Shown here: positions 49,801 through 62,347 of the stretch, one piece after another
Numbering within the stretch: position 1 is the first letter of the stretch
How the letters are laid out: each line of letters opens with the position of its first letter
From: Geosiphon pyriformis uo1
Lineage: Eukaryota > Fungi > Glomeromycota
Length of the DNA stretch: 64,000 bases
Assembly (NCBI GenBank): GCA_016748015.1
Contig: JAAOMT010000602.1
Span: 1,501,696-1,565,695, forward strand
Reading direction: 5' to 3'
The notes under the pieces: generated by a model
What the model was told of the DNA's origin: nothing
What the model saw: only the letters and a program-made list of their open reading frames with translations
The model's database searches: none
Made by a program: the position numbers and the translations under genes

Positions 49801-52800
49801 AATAAAAACACTTATTGTAAAAAAAAGTCAAGCCAATTTGTTTTTTAATCTTGTTAATCTTAATAATAAACTTTGTTTAAGTTTAATTATTAAAAATTAT
49901 GTTATATTATTAACTAATTTTTTTAATAATTTTTGTACTTATAATTAAAAACATTATTAAAAAATAACAATCTTACTTATTAAACCATTTTTTTAATTAA
50001 TCTTGAATATTTTGTCTTTTTTTATAATATTTTTTTGTTATAACATATATTATTTAATAAAAAGTCTCTAAACAATATTATAAAAGTTTAATAGTATTTA
50101 TAATTTTATAAAAAATTAAATTTTATACATATTTAAAATTATATATAACTGTTTTTTTTGTTTACTTAAATTTATTAAAATAATCTTATATCTTATTTTG
50201 AAAATTATATTTATTAAAATATTAATATTTAGATTATTTGAATTATTAAATTTTATTATTTCAAATTTTAAATCTTTAGTAATATTAGATAATAAATTTA
50301 TTTTGATAAGTTAGAAAATAGAATTGTTATATATATATAGTTTTATATATTTCTTTAAATGATTATTAAACTTAAACAAATTTGTAAATTTCAAACCAGA
50401 TCTAAATTAAATTCGGACTTGTTAAAAAAATTTAACTTTAAATTTAAATTAAGCTTACTTTAAAAATTTGGTTTGGTTTAAGTTTAATTTATAATTTAAA
50501 CTAAACTTAAACAATATTACAAAATTGTTTTTTTGATATATTATTTATTAATATTTTTATTTTATTATAATAAGTTTTTTATAAGTTTTTAATTCTATTT
50601 ATGTAAAATATTAATATTATGCTAAATATTTTTTTGTTAATATTATAATGTAAACTATTTTTTAATTCTTAATTATTGTATATATTTATGTATTTTTTCT
50701 TAAAAGCTAATTTAAAATCTATTTATAATAATAAAATATTTTCTAAAGCTATTTTTGCAATTGTTTAATGTGTTTTTCTAATTTAAAAACATAGAATATT
50801 AATATTTTTTAGTGCTTTTTTTAATTTTTACAATAGAATTTTTATTAATTAATAATAATTTTAATAATTTAAATAATTTTGATTAGAGATTATTTATCTA
50901 AAAAATTTAATTAATTAATAATAGTTTTATTTAATAAATAAAACAAGTAAATTTTTAATGTTTTAATTATAATACTTTAGTTTTTAATATTATTTCTTAT
51001 TTTTTTTTGATTTAAAGATTTTTTTAAAGATTTATTTAAAAGTAAAAATTAAAAGATAATTAAAGTAAAAGATTGAATTATTGGAATTATTAACTTGTTT
51101 TTTTTTAATATTAAAATTACTATATATATATATGTTTATAGTTTTATAAAAAAACATATTATAATACTTTTTTTTTAATAATTTAATATAATACTTATCA
51201 TTATTATAAAATAGTATTTGCTGTTATTATAATTTTTTACTAAATTTTTAAATTATAACAACAGTATTTAAAGTTTAGTTTAGTTTTATTTATCAAATAA
51301 TTTTATCAAATATTAAAAAACTTTGTTTTTTTAAACCTATTTTATAATTAGATTTAGCCAATCAAATTTAGCCAATCAGATTTTAGTTTTATAATTAACA
51401 ATAATATTTTTAACAAAATTTATTATTGTTAAAAAGTATATAAGCTTTAAATAATCAGTCTTTAAATATAATATTTTTATATAAAACTATATATAAAACA
51501 TTATTATAAATACTTAACAAAAGTAAATATAATATTAAAAATATAGAACTATAAAAAAATAATTACAAATTATCAAATTATACTAAATTTAAAAATCATA
51601 AAATAAATTTTGATTTGAATTCCAATACAACTACTTTAATATTTAACAATAAAGATAAAATTTTAAAGTTATAAAAATTCATTAAAATTAAAATCACTAA
51701 TAATAATTAAAAATTTGGATCCTTATTTAATTATTAAAAATTTAATAAAATATCTGTCTATATTACTTTTAGTTAATTTATAACTTATTTACAATTCTAA
51801 AAAATCTTTAAAAATTCTTAATACCAAAAAAAACAATTTAAATCTAACAAATATTCTTAATATTTAATATTAATTTTTAATAATAATGTTATTTTTTTTA
51901 TTTACAAAGTACAAGTAGTTAAATATTTTATAGATTTTAGATAATGATTTTTTAGTTAGTATTATAACTTAAAATTTTTTAGATGTATTTGAAAAAAAAG
52001 TTAGTAAATTATTAATTAAACTAATAATTAATGTTTATAAAAACAAAAATAAAGACCTAAAAATTATTAAAGCTGTTTTACTCAAATTAATAATATATAT
52101 ATTAAAATTGATATAAAAGTATTCAAAATTCAAAATTATATTATAATATTAAAAATAAATAATTAAAAAAAACCAAAACTTTTTTTAATTACAAGTTTGT
52201 AAACTTATAATTTGTAATAATTAAATATTAATACTAAACAATATTTTTTATAATAGCTTAATAATAACAACAACAATAATAAAACAACAATAATAAAACA
52301 ACAATAATAATAATTTTAAAATTTTAAAAACTTTAAAAAAAAACAAAATTAGTCTTTACTATTATCAATAATAATAAAAAACTTTTAAACAATATGTAAA
52401 AAAACAATAAAAAGTTAGTAATCAATAAAAAATTTAAATATTGCCTATATTATAATATGCTTTGAAAAATATTTAAACAATAATTAGAGAAAAAAATTAT
52501 TAGTAATATGATTTTTATGCTCAAAGTTAATATAACTACTTTTTTTATTTTTTAAGTAATAAATAAATATTATGTTTGATTTTTTTTTAACATTAAAAAC
52601 CAATTAAGTTAATTTAATGAAAAAATTAAGATTGTACAAAAAAAAAGTACCTAAAATTCAATTATTAATTATTAAGCAATCTAGTAAAAAAACTAAAAAA
52701 TTAATATTAAAAATTTATTAATAAAAAATAAACTAATAATATTAAAAAAAATATTCTGAATGAATAAATTTTATTTAATATGTAATTAAAACCAAAAATA

Positions 52801-52849
52801 TCCAATTTATTTATTTGAAATCTTATTAATTAAATTGTTAAAATAATAA

Positions 52850-53900
52850 ATTTATTAAAAAAAAATAGATTGTATAAAAAACTTAAATTTATATAAAAAA
52901 CTTAAAATAAATAGATATTTTTAATTGTAATAATATTTTAAAAAAAATTCAATAATTTTGTATTAATAACTATCAATTAAATACATTATTAAATAAAATA
53001 TATATTTACTTTCAAAATTAACAACATTTTTAATTATTTAAAAATTCAATTTATTTTACAATAATTAATTTAACTATTGAAGCTTGGCAAATAAAAATAG
53101 ATTTTGTCAACAAAAAAAACTGTTTTTATTACAAAATATAGAACTTATAAATTTATTATAATGTTTTTTAAATTAATAAATAAAGTATTTAAATCAGAAC
53201 ATTAGAAGTTATTTTCTGTATATTTTAAAGATATAATTATATATTCAAAAACTAGGAATAAATATTTAAATTACTTTTAAAAAGTTTTTAATCTTTTTAA
53301 AAATATTAAACTTAAAATTAATCTAATTAAATCATTTTTTAAATAATAATCTACCTAGTTTTTAGATTATCTTATAACAAAAAATAAGATTAATTCAAAA
53401 TAAAAAAATTGTAAAAACTTAAATAATTAATGAATATTTTCAAGTTATAATTTTTTTAAATTAGCTTTTTATAATTAAATATTTTTTTAAAATTACATAT
53501 CTATTTAATTAATTTTTAAGAAAAAATTTTAATTATTATTAACCAAAAAACATTTAAAACTTTCAAAGAAAAACTTTTTATTAAGTCTATTTTAAAACAA
53601 CCCAATTTTAACAACTTATTTATTTTTTAATTTAATGTTTTTTTTAATATTATTTTGTTTTAAAAAAAAAAACATATTATAGTCTATAATAGTAAAATTT
53701 TTTAACAAACAAAAAAAAATTACACAATTACTAAAAAATATATTTTATGTTATAATCTTTTGAATATTAGTATAAATATTTTTTTTAAAAAATTTAATGT
53801 TTATATTAAAACTTAAGTCTTAATTTAATTAAAAAACAAAAGAAAACTAAATTATATATTTAAATAAATATAATTAAAACATTAAATATTACAAAAAAAC
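52850..53900 (+). mobile_element. Fossil Gypsy RT-RNase H
   Basis: YFTIINLTIEAWQIK...TVFITKYRTYKFIIMFFKLIN, VYFKDIIIYSKT, ILKQPNF, KHIIVYNSK, KNYTIT: AT-shifted versions of canonical RT/RH motifs. Confidence 0.7.
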
Positions 53901-55277
53901 AGATTAGGAATAGTTAATTATATTATTTATTAGTAATTTATTTTAAATTAAACATGATAATAAACTTAAAAAACTATTAATATTTATTAAAATATAATTA
54001 ATAAAAAGAAAATATTTGTACAAATAATTAAATTTTTATTTAATTTACCAAAACCAATTATATTGTTATAATTAAAACTTTTTTTTTAGCTTTTGTTTTA
54101 TTTAGCTATAATTAGTTATATATATTAGTTATTAATATTATTAACTAATTATTCTAATTATAGAATTAGTTATTAATATAATTATTGATTTAATTAATAA
54201 CTTAGTTATTAACTTAATTAATAACTGAATCATTAATATAACTATTAATCTGATTATTAATTTTTTTTAAAAAATATATAAACAAAACTTTTTAAAACAA
54301 TAAAAAAGTATTTATATTCAAATTATATTTAAATTAATTTTTTTTACTATTTATTTATTTTTTTAATTTGTATAATTATTAGTTTTTGTAAAGTATATTA
54401 AATAAATATTTATTAAAAAATACAATTAATATCTGATATTGAATTTTAAAAATAGTAATATAAGACATAAAATTATATTAATATGTTATTTTTTGTATAC
54501 AATATAAATTATTTTTTTATTTTCAAACTTTTTGTTACTTTTTGAAAAGAATAACAACTAAAATATTTATAAGACTAATTTTGTATATTGAATTTTTACT
54601 AATTTAATTTGCTTATTAAAGTTAAATTATCTTTTAATTATTTTTATTGTTATATAATACTGTTTTTTATTTATTTATTAATGTATTATATCTAACTATA
54701 ATAATATGTTATTCAAATTTGTAACAATATTATAAAAACATAAAACAGAAACAAAATCAAATATAACAAAAAATATTGTAATTTTAAAAAATTAGCAAGC
54801 TTAATGTAATTTTAATATTTTTTAATAATCAATATTAAACTAATAAAAATATATAAAATAAAACCAGATTTATTTTAAACTGATTTAATTTTTACAGTTT
54901 TATTAAATTTTAAAATTAGAAATTATAATAGTTTTTAAATATTATTACAAATAATAATATTTTCAAAAAACCATTTTTTTAAATATTTTAAAAAAATTAA
55001 TAACAATTATTTTTAAAAAAAAGTTGTTTTTTGTTTTTTTTGCTATTTAAATAGTAATAAAAAAATTGTTAAAAAAATAACAGCTTGGTTATTAACTTGT
55101 TATTAAAGATTTTAAAACTTTTAATATTGATAAAAAAATTAGATTAAAATTAATTTTATTTGTTACTAAAAGAAACTTTAAATAAAAAAACTTTTTTTTA
55201 AAGCCAAAAAAAATCTTTTATTAATAGTTAAAAACTGTTTTTTATTTTTAATATTTTAAAAAATGCTGTTTTATTGT

Positions 55278-55388
55278 ATTTTTTTATTTTTTTATTTATT
55301 TAACGAGTAAGACCCAACCACCACTTAATACAATACATCAAACTAAGTGATCTAAACTAGACGCGAATCACGCATTTTTCTACATTGT
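55278..55388 (-). mobile_element. Short LINE 3'-end fragment with A-rich tail
   Basis: Reverse complement matches the LINE 3' UTR at 30640-30750 and retains CpGs. Confidence 0.75.
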
Positions 55389-56974
55389 TTTTATTTCCAA
55401 AAAAACTATTAACTACAATAAAAAAGAGCTGTTTTTTTATTTTTTATTTTAAGTATAATTAAAAAATTATAAAAGAAAAAAGTTTTAATATTAAGTAAAT
55501 ATTTTTTAAAATATTATTATAAAATATAATTTAATTAATATTTTCTTATTTATAATGTATAAATCTTTTATTAAATACAAATTATTATTTTTTTAAATAT
55601 AACTAATTATTTAAATAATTACAACATATTATTATTATTAAAAACACTTTATTTAAAATTTATAATTAACTAAAATTTTAAATAAATTAAATATTATTAA
55701 AATATTTTAGTATTATATTTAAAAAATATTTACTGTTAAATACTATTTAAAAATAGTAATTGATTTTATTAAAATTCAATTATTATTAAAAACAAATTAG
55801 TAGTTTATATACATATTGTTATTAAATAAAATTTAACAAAAACTAATTAATAATTATTATCCTTAATAATTACTTTTATATAATAAAACAATAATTAAAT
55901 TAATTAAAAAAAATACATAGTATTTAGAACAGAAAAATTATTATTACTACAGATTAATTTTTAGAAAAAAATTTTTTTTAATTAAATTTTATAAAACAAA
56001 ATTCGTAAAGAAAAACAATTAAAATTTAACTAATATAAAAAAGCATTTTTTAGTTTTATAAAAAAAACTATGTAATTACATTTTTAGTTTAACAAAATTT
56101 TAACAAATAAATTTTCAAGGTTTTTAATCAGTTTACTAAAAAAAAATTTTATATTCAATAAAAATTCTTTAAAGTATTCATAATAATATATAATATCTTT
56201 ATAGATAATACCTGCAATGAAAATAATTGTTTAATTAAATATAAATTTTATTTTTACATGATTTTTAAAAAAATTTGTAGCTGTTTGGAAAAATATTACA
56301 GGTTTTAATGTATTTAATAATTTTTTTAAAATAGACTAATAATAATAAACTAAATTTTCTGAATTGTTTTTGTTTTTAAAATACTTAACTAATAAATAAA
56401 TCAATATATATATTATAAATTACAATTTTTCTTTTTTTTAATTTTATAACAATAAAAATCTACCCAGTTTTTTTTATATAATTGACTTTAGTATTGCCAA
56501 TATCAATTCAATTTAAGTTGATTATAAAACAGAATACTTGTCAAAAAAATTATTTGCAAGTTTGTTATAAATTGGAAACTTCTTGTTAAGTATAATTTTT
56601 GTTTAAAATTACCTTTGGTATTGGTGTTACATGATTCTGACTCACAAGATATTAAAAAAAATAGTTTTTGAATTATAAAAATATTTTTAAAATCTGGTTT
56701 TCCATCTAAAAAATGCATGTAGAGTTTTCATAAAATTTTGCAAAAAGATTTTTGCTATTAAATAATAAAAGACTGAAAGGTTGCAGGTAACAAAAATTTT
56801 TCTAAACTTCACATTTAGAAATGTACTTTTGATTTCAAATATTCAATTTCTAAGTTGATTGTTCACAGGTAAATGTAAAATCTTTCACACATCATTTCAT
56901 CTATTGAATAATTCAATGATAATTTCAGAATGTGGACAAAAAACCAACGCTAAAAGATCATGCCTGCTATCTAA

Positions 56975-57592
56975 TTAATGACTAAAAGGGGTAATAGCTC
57001 CACCGCGCCGTTGACCGGGACGTCCACGACCAGTACGATTCATATGATCCTCGATTTTTTCGTCCCATTCCCTAGGAATAATCCCTAACCCAGATAACAC
57101 ATAATATACTGCTTTAACTCCAACATAAAGGAAACCTCCAATTAAACCTCCAATACTCGCGATAAACAATAAGACCCCAACCACTGGGAAGAATACCAAT
57201 CCACCTAAAAATGCTAAAAAACCTTCAGTACAAATAATCCCAATACCAGCAATACCGACAACGATAGCGCAAGTCAGGGTGATCCAACCAAGTAAAACAA
57301 TGGTCGGGATTGCAGCAAAGGTTCCAACTATGTAAGTAAACCAACGAAAGAATGGATTATTTTGCCAAGCATTGGTGAGAAAATCAATTATCGGTTGAAT
57401 AGCTGCACGTGGATTTGTAAGGATGATTTTAATGATGCCGGTTGTAGCGCCAGCAGCTTGTTTGACTTTAGTTGCAGCCGTTGAGGCAGTGTCTTCAAGT
57501 TTCTCTATGGTTTTTGATGTTATGATTTCGACTTTTTGTGCTACCTCCTCAGCTTCCATGCCAGAGAAAGGTGATACCTGGGGTGTAGACAT
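56975..57592 (-). CDS. Promethin/LDAF1-like lipid-droplet membrane protein
   Basis: Intact 205 aa ORF with a long hydrophobic hairpin region NPFF...AAIP...TEG...GGLVFFPV matching the promethin pattern as I recall it. Confidence 0.7.
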   Translation of the reverse strand: MSTPQVSPFSGMEAEEVAQKVEIITSKTIEKLEDTASTAATKVKQAAGATTGIIKIILTNPRAAIQPIIDFLTNAWQNNPFFRWFTYIVGTFAAIPTIVLLGWITLTCAIVVGIAGIGIICTEGFLAFLGGLVFFPVVGVLLFIASIGGLIGGFLYVGVKAVYYVLSGLGIIPREWDEKIEDHMNRTGRGRPGQRRGGAITPFSH

Positions 57593-58394
57593 TTTAGAAA
57601 AAATGTTTTTCTCAAGTGATATAGAGATTTAAGAAGTTTTGATTTTCTTTCAAGTGTAGAAAGAGGAAAGCTTTAAATAAAGTTTAAAAGCGACAGGAGA
57701 TAGGTATTTATACTTTAAATCAAATAGAAAAATCTCTAAAAAACCCTAAATCAAACCGAGAGAAAGGTTTGATCATGATTTTTCGTTAAATTGAAATCAA
57801 TCAAAGAATATTGCTTGACATATGATCTTTGACTCATACATTTCATTTAAAAGGTTTTAGAGAGGATCCCTTTGATGATAAATATATAATTTTTTTCTCA
57901 AGATAGAGTAAAGACAAACTTTTTACTTTGAAAAAAAAAAAAAAAAATGCTCAAAACGATTTGAGCGATGGTATCAGAGGCGTCGTTAATACTGTTTTTA
58001 GAGTTACAAAAAGTAAAAAAAAAAACAAAGTTTAGTCCAATTTCTTTGAATCTGATTATCATCATTGAGCATGATTTATAATAATGAATTCTTAATAATA
58101 ATCATTATTTCATTCAAATGTCATGATGAAGTAAAGTTTGGGAAATAATCTTACTACAATTTATCATTAAAATATAACCGCATAATTAAGAGATTTGGAT
58201 AAATAATTTCCCATAGTTATTCTCCGAAATCAGGAATAAGATCGTTTTTAATGAATAAGCAAAAATAAGAATTAAAATTTGTCAATAAAAATGTTTGATC
58301 CTATAGTTTTTTAAAACAAATTAGGAATTTTTGGTAAATTATTTTTCAAAAATGAATTTTTTTTTTTAAAATCAAATAGTTTCCAATTTTCTAA

Positions 58395-58545
58395 TCTATT
58401 ATACAAGAACATCAATTCGCGACGTATGGATCATCCATGGGATGGCCCGTGTTTTGGGGGTAGGTCCTGATTTATGGATTAGTATTAATAATAAGCAACG
58501 GATCGGGCAATCGATCAGAAAAACATATCAAGAACGCTTATGAAA
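58395..58545 (+). pseudogene. Possible TLDc-domain C-terminal fragment
   Basis: With two +1 frameshifts it reads EHQFATY-DHPWDGPCFG-VGPDLWI...TYQ, resembling the TLDc GPxFG..DL motif. Confidence 0.45.
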
Positions 58546-59799
58546 TTAATTTTGATGGTCATAAAAATTTTCAAAATTTTTTTTTTTAGAGACAAATAAA
58601 TTGAGTCGAAGAATTTCTTCAATAATTGAATACAATTGGATTAAATAGATAGAATAATATTATTTTAATAAAATTTATTTTCAAATTTCTAACTAATTGG
58701 GTCATAAAAAAATGAATTTTAAAAAATTTATTTATTTTGAATTTTTCCAGACAAATTAACTTGTAATTTTAAAAATCACAGAAAAAAATACAATTCGTAT
58801 ATTCATAATATGGATTTAATAGACCAGTGGATATTAAATTTACTTTGATAATGAATCCAAGTTAAGTTTAGCCATAAAGTATATAAATTGAAATTATCTT
58901 TCTAGCAATCATAAATTGAAGTTTAATTTGTTTAAGCCTAAAAAAAAATTAATTTCCATCATTCATAAACAAACGACTGACGTTGTGCTATTTTGGGAGT
59001 ACTCTTAAACTTTTAATTTATTTGAAACCCTTTTTCATATTTTTTAATTTCTTTAAAATTCAAAAACACCCCCTCCCCCCGCATTTGGAGTCATAGATTT
59101 ATCGTGGTTGGTAAAAAAATTAAATTTGATTCGTTATATAACAAAAAATTGTTTTCTTAAAAAGTTTTTTTTAGGAATGTTTATTAGTCAGCTCATTACG
59201 ATATAGGCATATATTTTTTCTTAATGTACACACAAATAATAAACTGAAAATAAAATTCTTTTTTCTACATGTTTAAGACTATAAATGAAAATATGAAAGT
59301 TCCAGTCTAAATTTCTAGAATAAAAATTTTAACTCTGAGCATTCGAAAAGATTGACACATATAAATCCTCTTTGTTATGATTCTAAAAGAAAATTCGTGC
59401 ATGCTAACAACCATTTGGAAATAGTGAGACTTTATCCTGAAATTTTTTACGGGAACAATGAATCTAATCTTCAAGAGTGTTAATTAATTAATTAATTAAT
59501 TAAGTAAAAGGTGTAAGCAAAAAACATATTCTAATATCATTATTTTTTTTCGATTCATTCTTTCAGATTTCGACAGTAGAAAATTTTATTTAACCTAGTT
59601 ATCCATAAAATTTTATTTCTTCAAAATAATTTTGTGCTTTAAATCAAAAATGGGAATTTTTTAAATGTAAATCTAAATATATATAGTTTTTATAAAGAAC
59701 ATGTTGATATGACATAAAAATTTGATAAAAGAATTCTCACTCTTGAGATCTAACCTCCTACTACTCTAATTAATCACTTTACTCAATTCAATAGAAATA

Positions 59800-60352
59800 T
59801 TAAGTATTCAAACACTTAGAAGATTGACTATTTTTATTGTAGTTTCCTTTAAAAGTTTGACTCGTAAAAGTACAAGTAGTACCTGGTGCAGAACCGTTAA
59901 TTTTAAAATAAAAGGATCCAGTCTTAGATTCAGGACCAAGATTCAAAATGAAATACGGAGTTGACAGCTTTTCTACAGGAACTGAACCCCGGTATTGCCT
60001 TTGAATAAAAGTCCCTGTGGACAGGTATAAATCGACCGTATCTATTGTTTGTACTTGACTAAGTCCTTTATTCCATGAGACTTGGTAACATTGTCCTGTT
60101 GAAATGGAGTTCAAATTCCAAGGTTTTAATCGCAAAAAAATCAATAAAAAAAAATATAAAATTTCTCAACTTCTTTTTTTTTGCCTTGAAAAGAAAACCA
60201 ATATTGTACTGACCATTTGTAAAAGATATATCATTTTGATTTGGTCCTGGTGAAGTAATAATGAGTCCATTACATGAATTTTGTCGTTTTTCCAAAGGAA
60301 TAGCGGTTAAAAGACACACAAAAAAGGTTAATATCACCAAAAATATCTTCAT
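59800..60352 (-). CDS. Small secreted Cys-containing protein A (144 aa, 2 exons)
   Basis: Exons 60352-60214 and 60095-59800. Signal peptide MKIFLVILTFFVCLLTA, KR site, 4 Cys in the mature part. Confidence 0.82.
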
Positions 60353-60986
60353 TTTCAAAAGTACTTGTATGAATAAAGTATTGGGATTAAATTTTAATTT
60401 CAAAAAGTTTCCAGGATTTTTAATTTAAAAAATTCTTTTACTATAGTAATTTTTATAAAGGTATTTTGTGAAAAATGTGGTTGACAAATTTTTTTTTTCC
60501 CAATCCATTAAAAATCTGGTCATTTTATAAAGAATAAGCCAAGAGGGCTTATTAAGTCAATCATTGTGCGAAACGAAGATTAAAACAAGTTTTTTTTTTT
60601 TTTTTTCTTGTTCTATTATTGTTCAAGGCTGGATGCTCTACAAAGCAATCAAAAACTCTAAAGGAAAATAAACTAACTTCTAAGGCGAAAGATCTTGTTC
60701 TACCATTCCAAAAATATAATTCTCAATTATATCAAACCCCACATGTTGTGTTCATGCTAAAATTGGAGATTATAAATGAAAATTCAAAAATAAACTTAAT
60801 ACAGAATGATTATTTATAAAAATACATCTTTAAAATTAAAAAAAAAACTTTTATATTTAGATGTATTTGAAAATCGCTCGATTGGTTGATAATAAAAAAA
60901 AAAACATAAAAAGTTTATACATTCTCTTTGTAAATTACATATTTAAGAATTAATAGGCTGCTAAAAAGTTACATTTTGAAACGAGC

Positions 60987-61563
60987 TTAAATTTCTAAAC
61001 ATGTGTTAGGAATATTATTTAGATTAAATATTCCTTTAAGTTTTATGTAAGGCACGTCACAGTATTTTGTATCATCACCATCTTTAATCTTTGCAACAAG
61101 AGCCAACAAGTAATCACCACTTTTTTGTTCAGGGCCAAGATTAAGAGGGAAGAGCGGGGTTTGTTGCGGAATAGTTGCGTCACCAAATATTGAACCGCTC
61201 CATTGGTTTACAATGAAATTTCCATCTGTATCTAATAAATTAACATCGGTAACTTCTATACCCCTACTGCGACCGGCATCAAATGAAAGTTGATAACATT
61301 CACCTGGAGTAGTAAGATATATAAAATTTGAAAATTTAGTTTTACCCACTTAATTTCCCTCTCCTTCTGACCTCACCCCCCCCTCTCCCCCTCTCCCCCT
61401 GTAAAAACAAATTTTATTCACCATCTGTCCATGGTCCTGCTTCATCAACCGGAAAAGTGATACGAAATCCAGTACAAGTAGGTTTTTGAATGGTCTGTCG
61501 TTTTGTAGGAAATGCCAACAAGAGAGGAATCATAAAAACGAGGAGAAAAACCAGAGATTTCAT
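60987..61563 (-). CDS. Small secreted Cys-containing protein B (152 aa, 2 exons), paralog of A
   Basis: Exons 61563-61422 and 61303-60987. Signal peptide MKSLVFLLVFMIPLLLA, KR site, shares CYQ.S and LNLGPE.K.G with A. Confidence 0.82.
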
Positions 61564-62317
61564 CTTTTACTTTCAATTTTTAATAATACGTGTGTGTGTG
61601 TATAGTGAATTCTTTTTGATATAATTTTGCTGATTTGAAAAGGATCTCTTTTATAAATCATTTTCGCTTTAACAAAAAATGATTTATTTTCTTTTGGTAG
61701 GGTAAGGTTCATCCTTCACAAGATTGATGACAATTCGTATTAGAAACAATAACATTAATACAAATAAAATAAAAACATTATAAAAAAAATAATTTCTTGT
61801 CAATTTACCACTGTGAATCCCAAATTGATAAAAATAAAAGCTCAAATTTCTACTTTTGAAGACATGAAAATAACACATGGTTATTCTTCTATAAGGAAAC
61901 AATGTCTTTTTTAATTTCTCATGTTTGCAGTTCTTTCAATCGAGGAGATTGCTGTGTTCCGACCAGCCACTTAAGGCTATTTCACACAACAGCCCCGATT
62001 GCCCAAAAAGTCAATTTTTTACCATTTAATTGTTTTTCAAAAAATTGAGTCGACCATTTCCCACTGAAAGAAGTTTAAGCTAGTTTTGTTTTATAAAAAT
62101 TTTTGTCATACAATTAATAACGTTGAATTCATTATTAGAATTTCTTGGAGGAAGTGAATATGCAGTAGTGTCTTACTTGAAAAGTTACACAACGTGATGA
62201 AAATAATATTTGATCAACTTTTGATATTCACAATTATACCATATCGAGAGGTTGTTGGGTTTTATAAAAAAAAAATTTGATGAATTAAAATAAAGTAAAA
62301 AAAAAGATTGTTCTTGC

Positions 62318-62347
62318 TTGATTGATTGATTGATTGATTGATTGATT
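62318..62347. repeat. (TTGA)7 microsatellite
   Basis: Directly visible. Confidence 0.9.

Noticed and set aside
50360-50520. Degenerate inverted-repeat-like patch, possible DNA transposon end
   Set aside because: Too AT-rich to distinguish from chance. No matching second end or TSD found.
54090-54260. Degenerate ~12-bp tandem repeat (ttagttattaat-like)
   Set aside because: Low-complexity decayed sequence with no assignable origin.
45550-56500. Organelle or endosymbiont DNA insertion, or centromere
   Set aside because: No organellar or bacterial genes seen, and the recognisable parts are retrotransposon fossils. A centromere cannot be judged from sequence alone.
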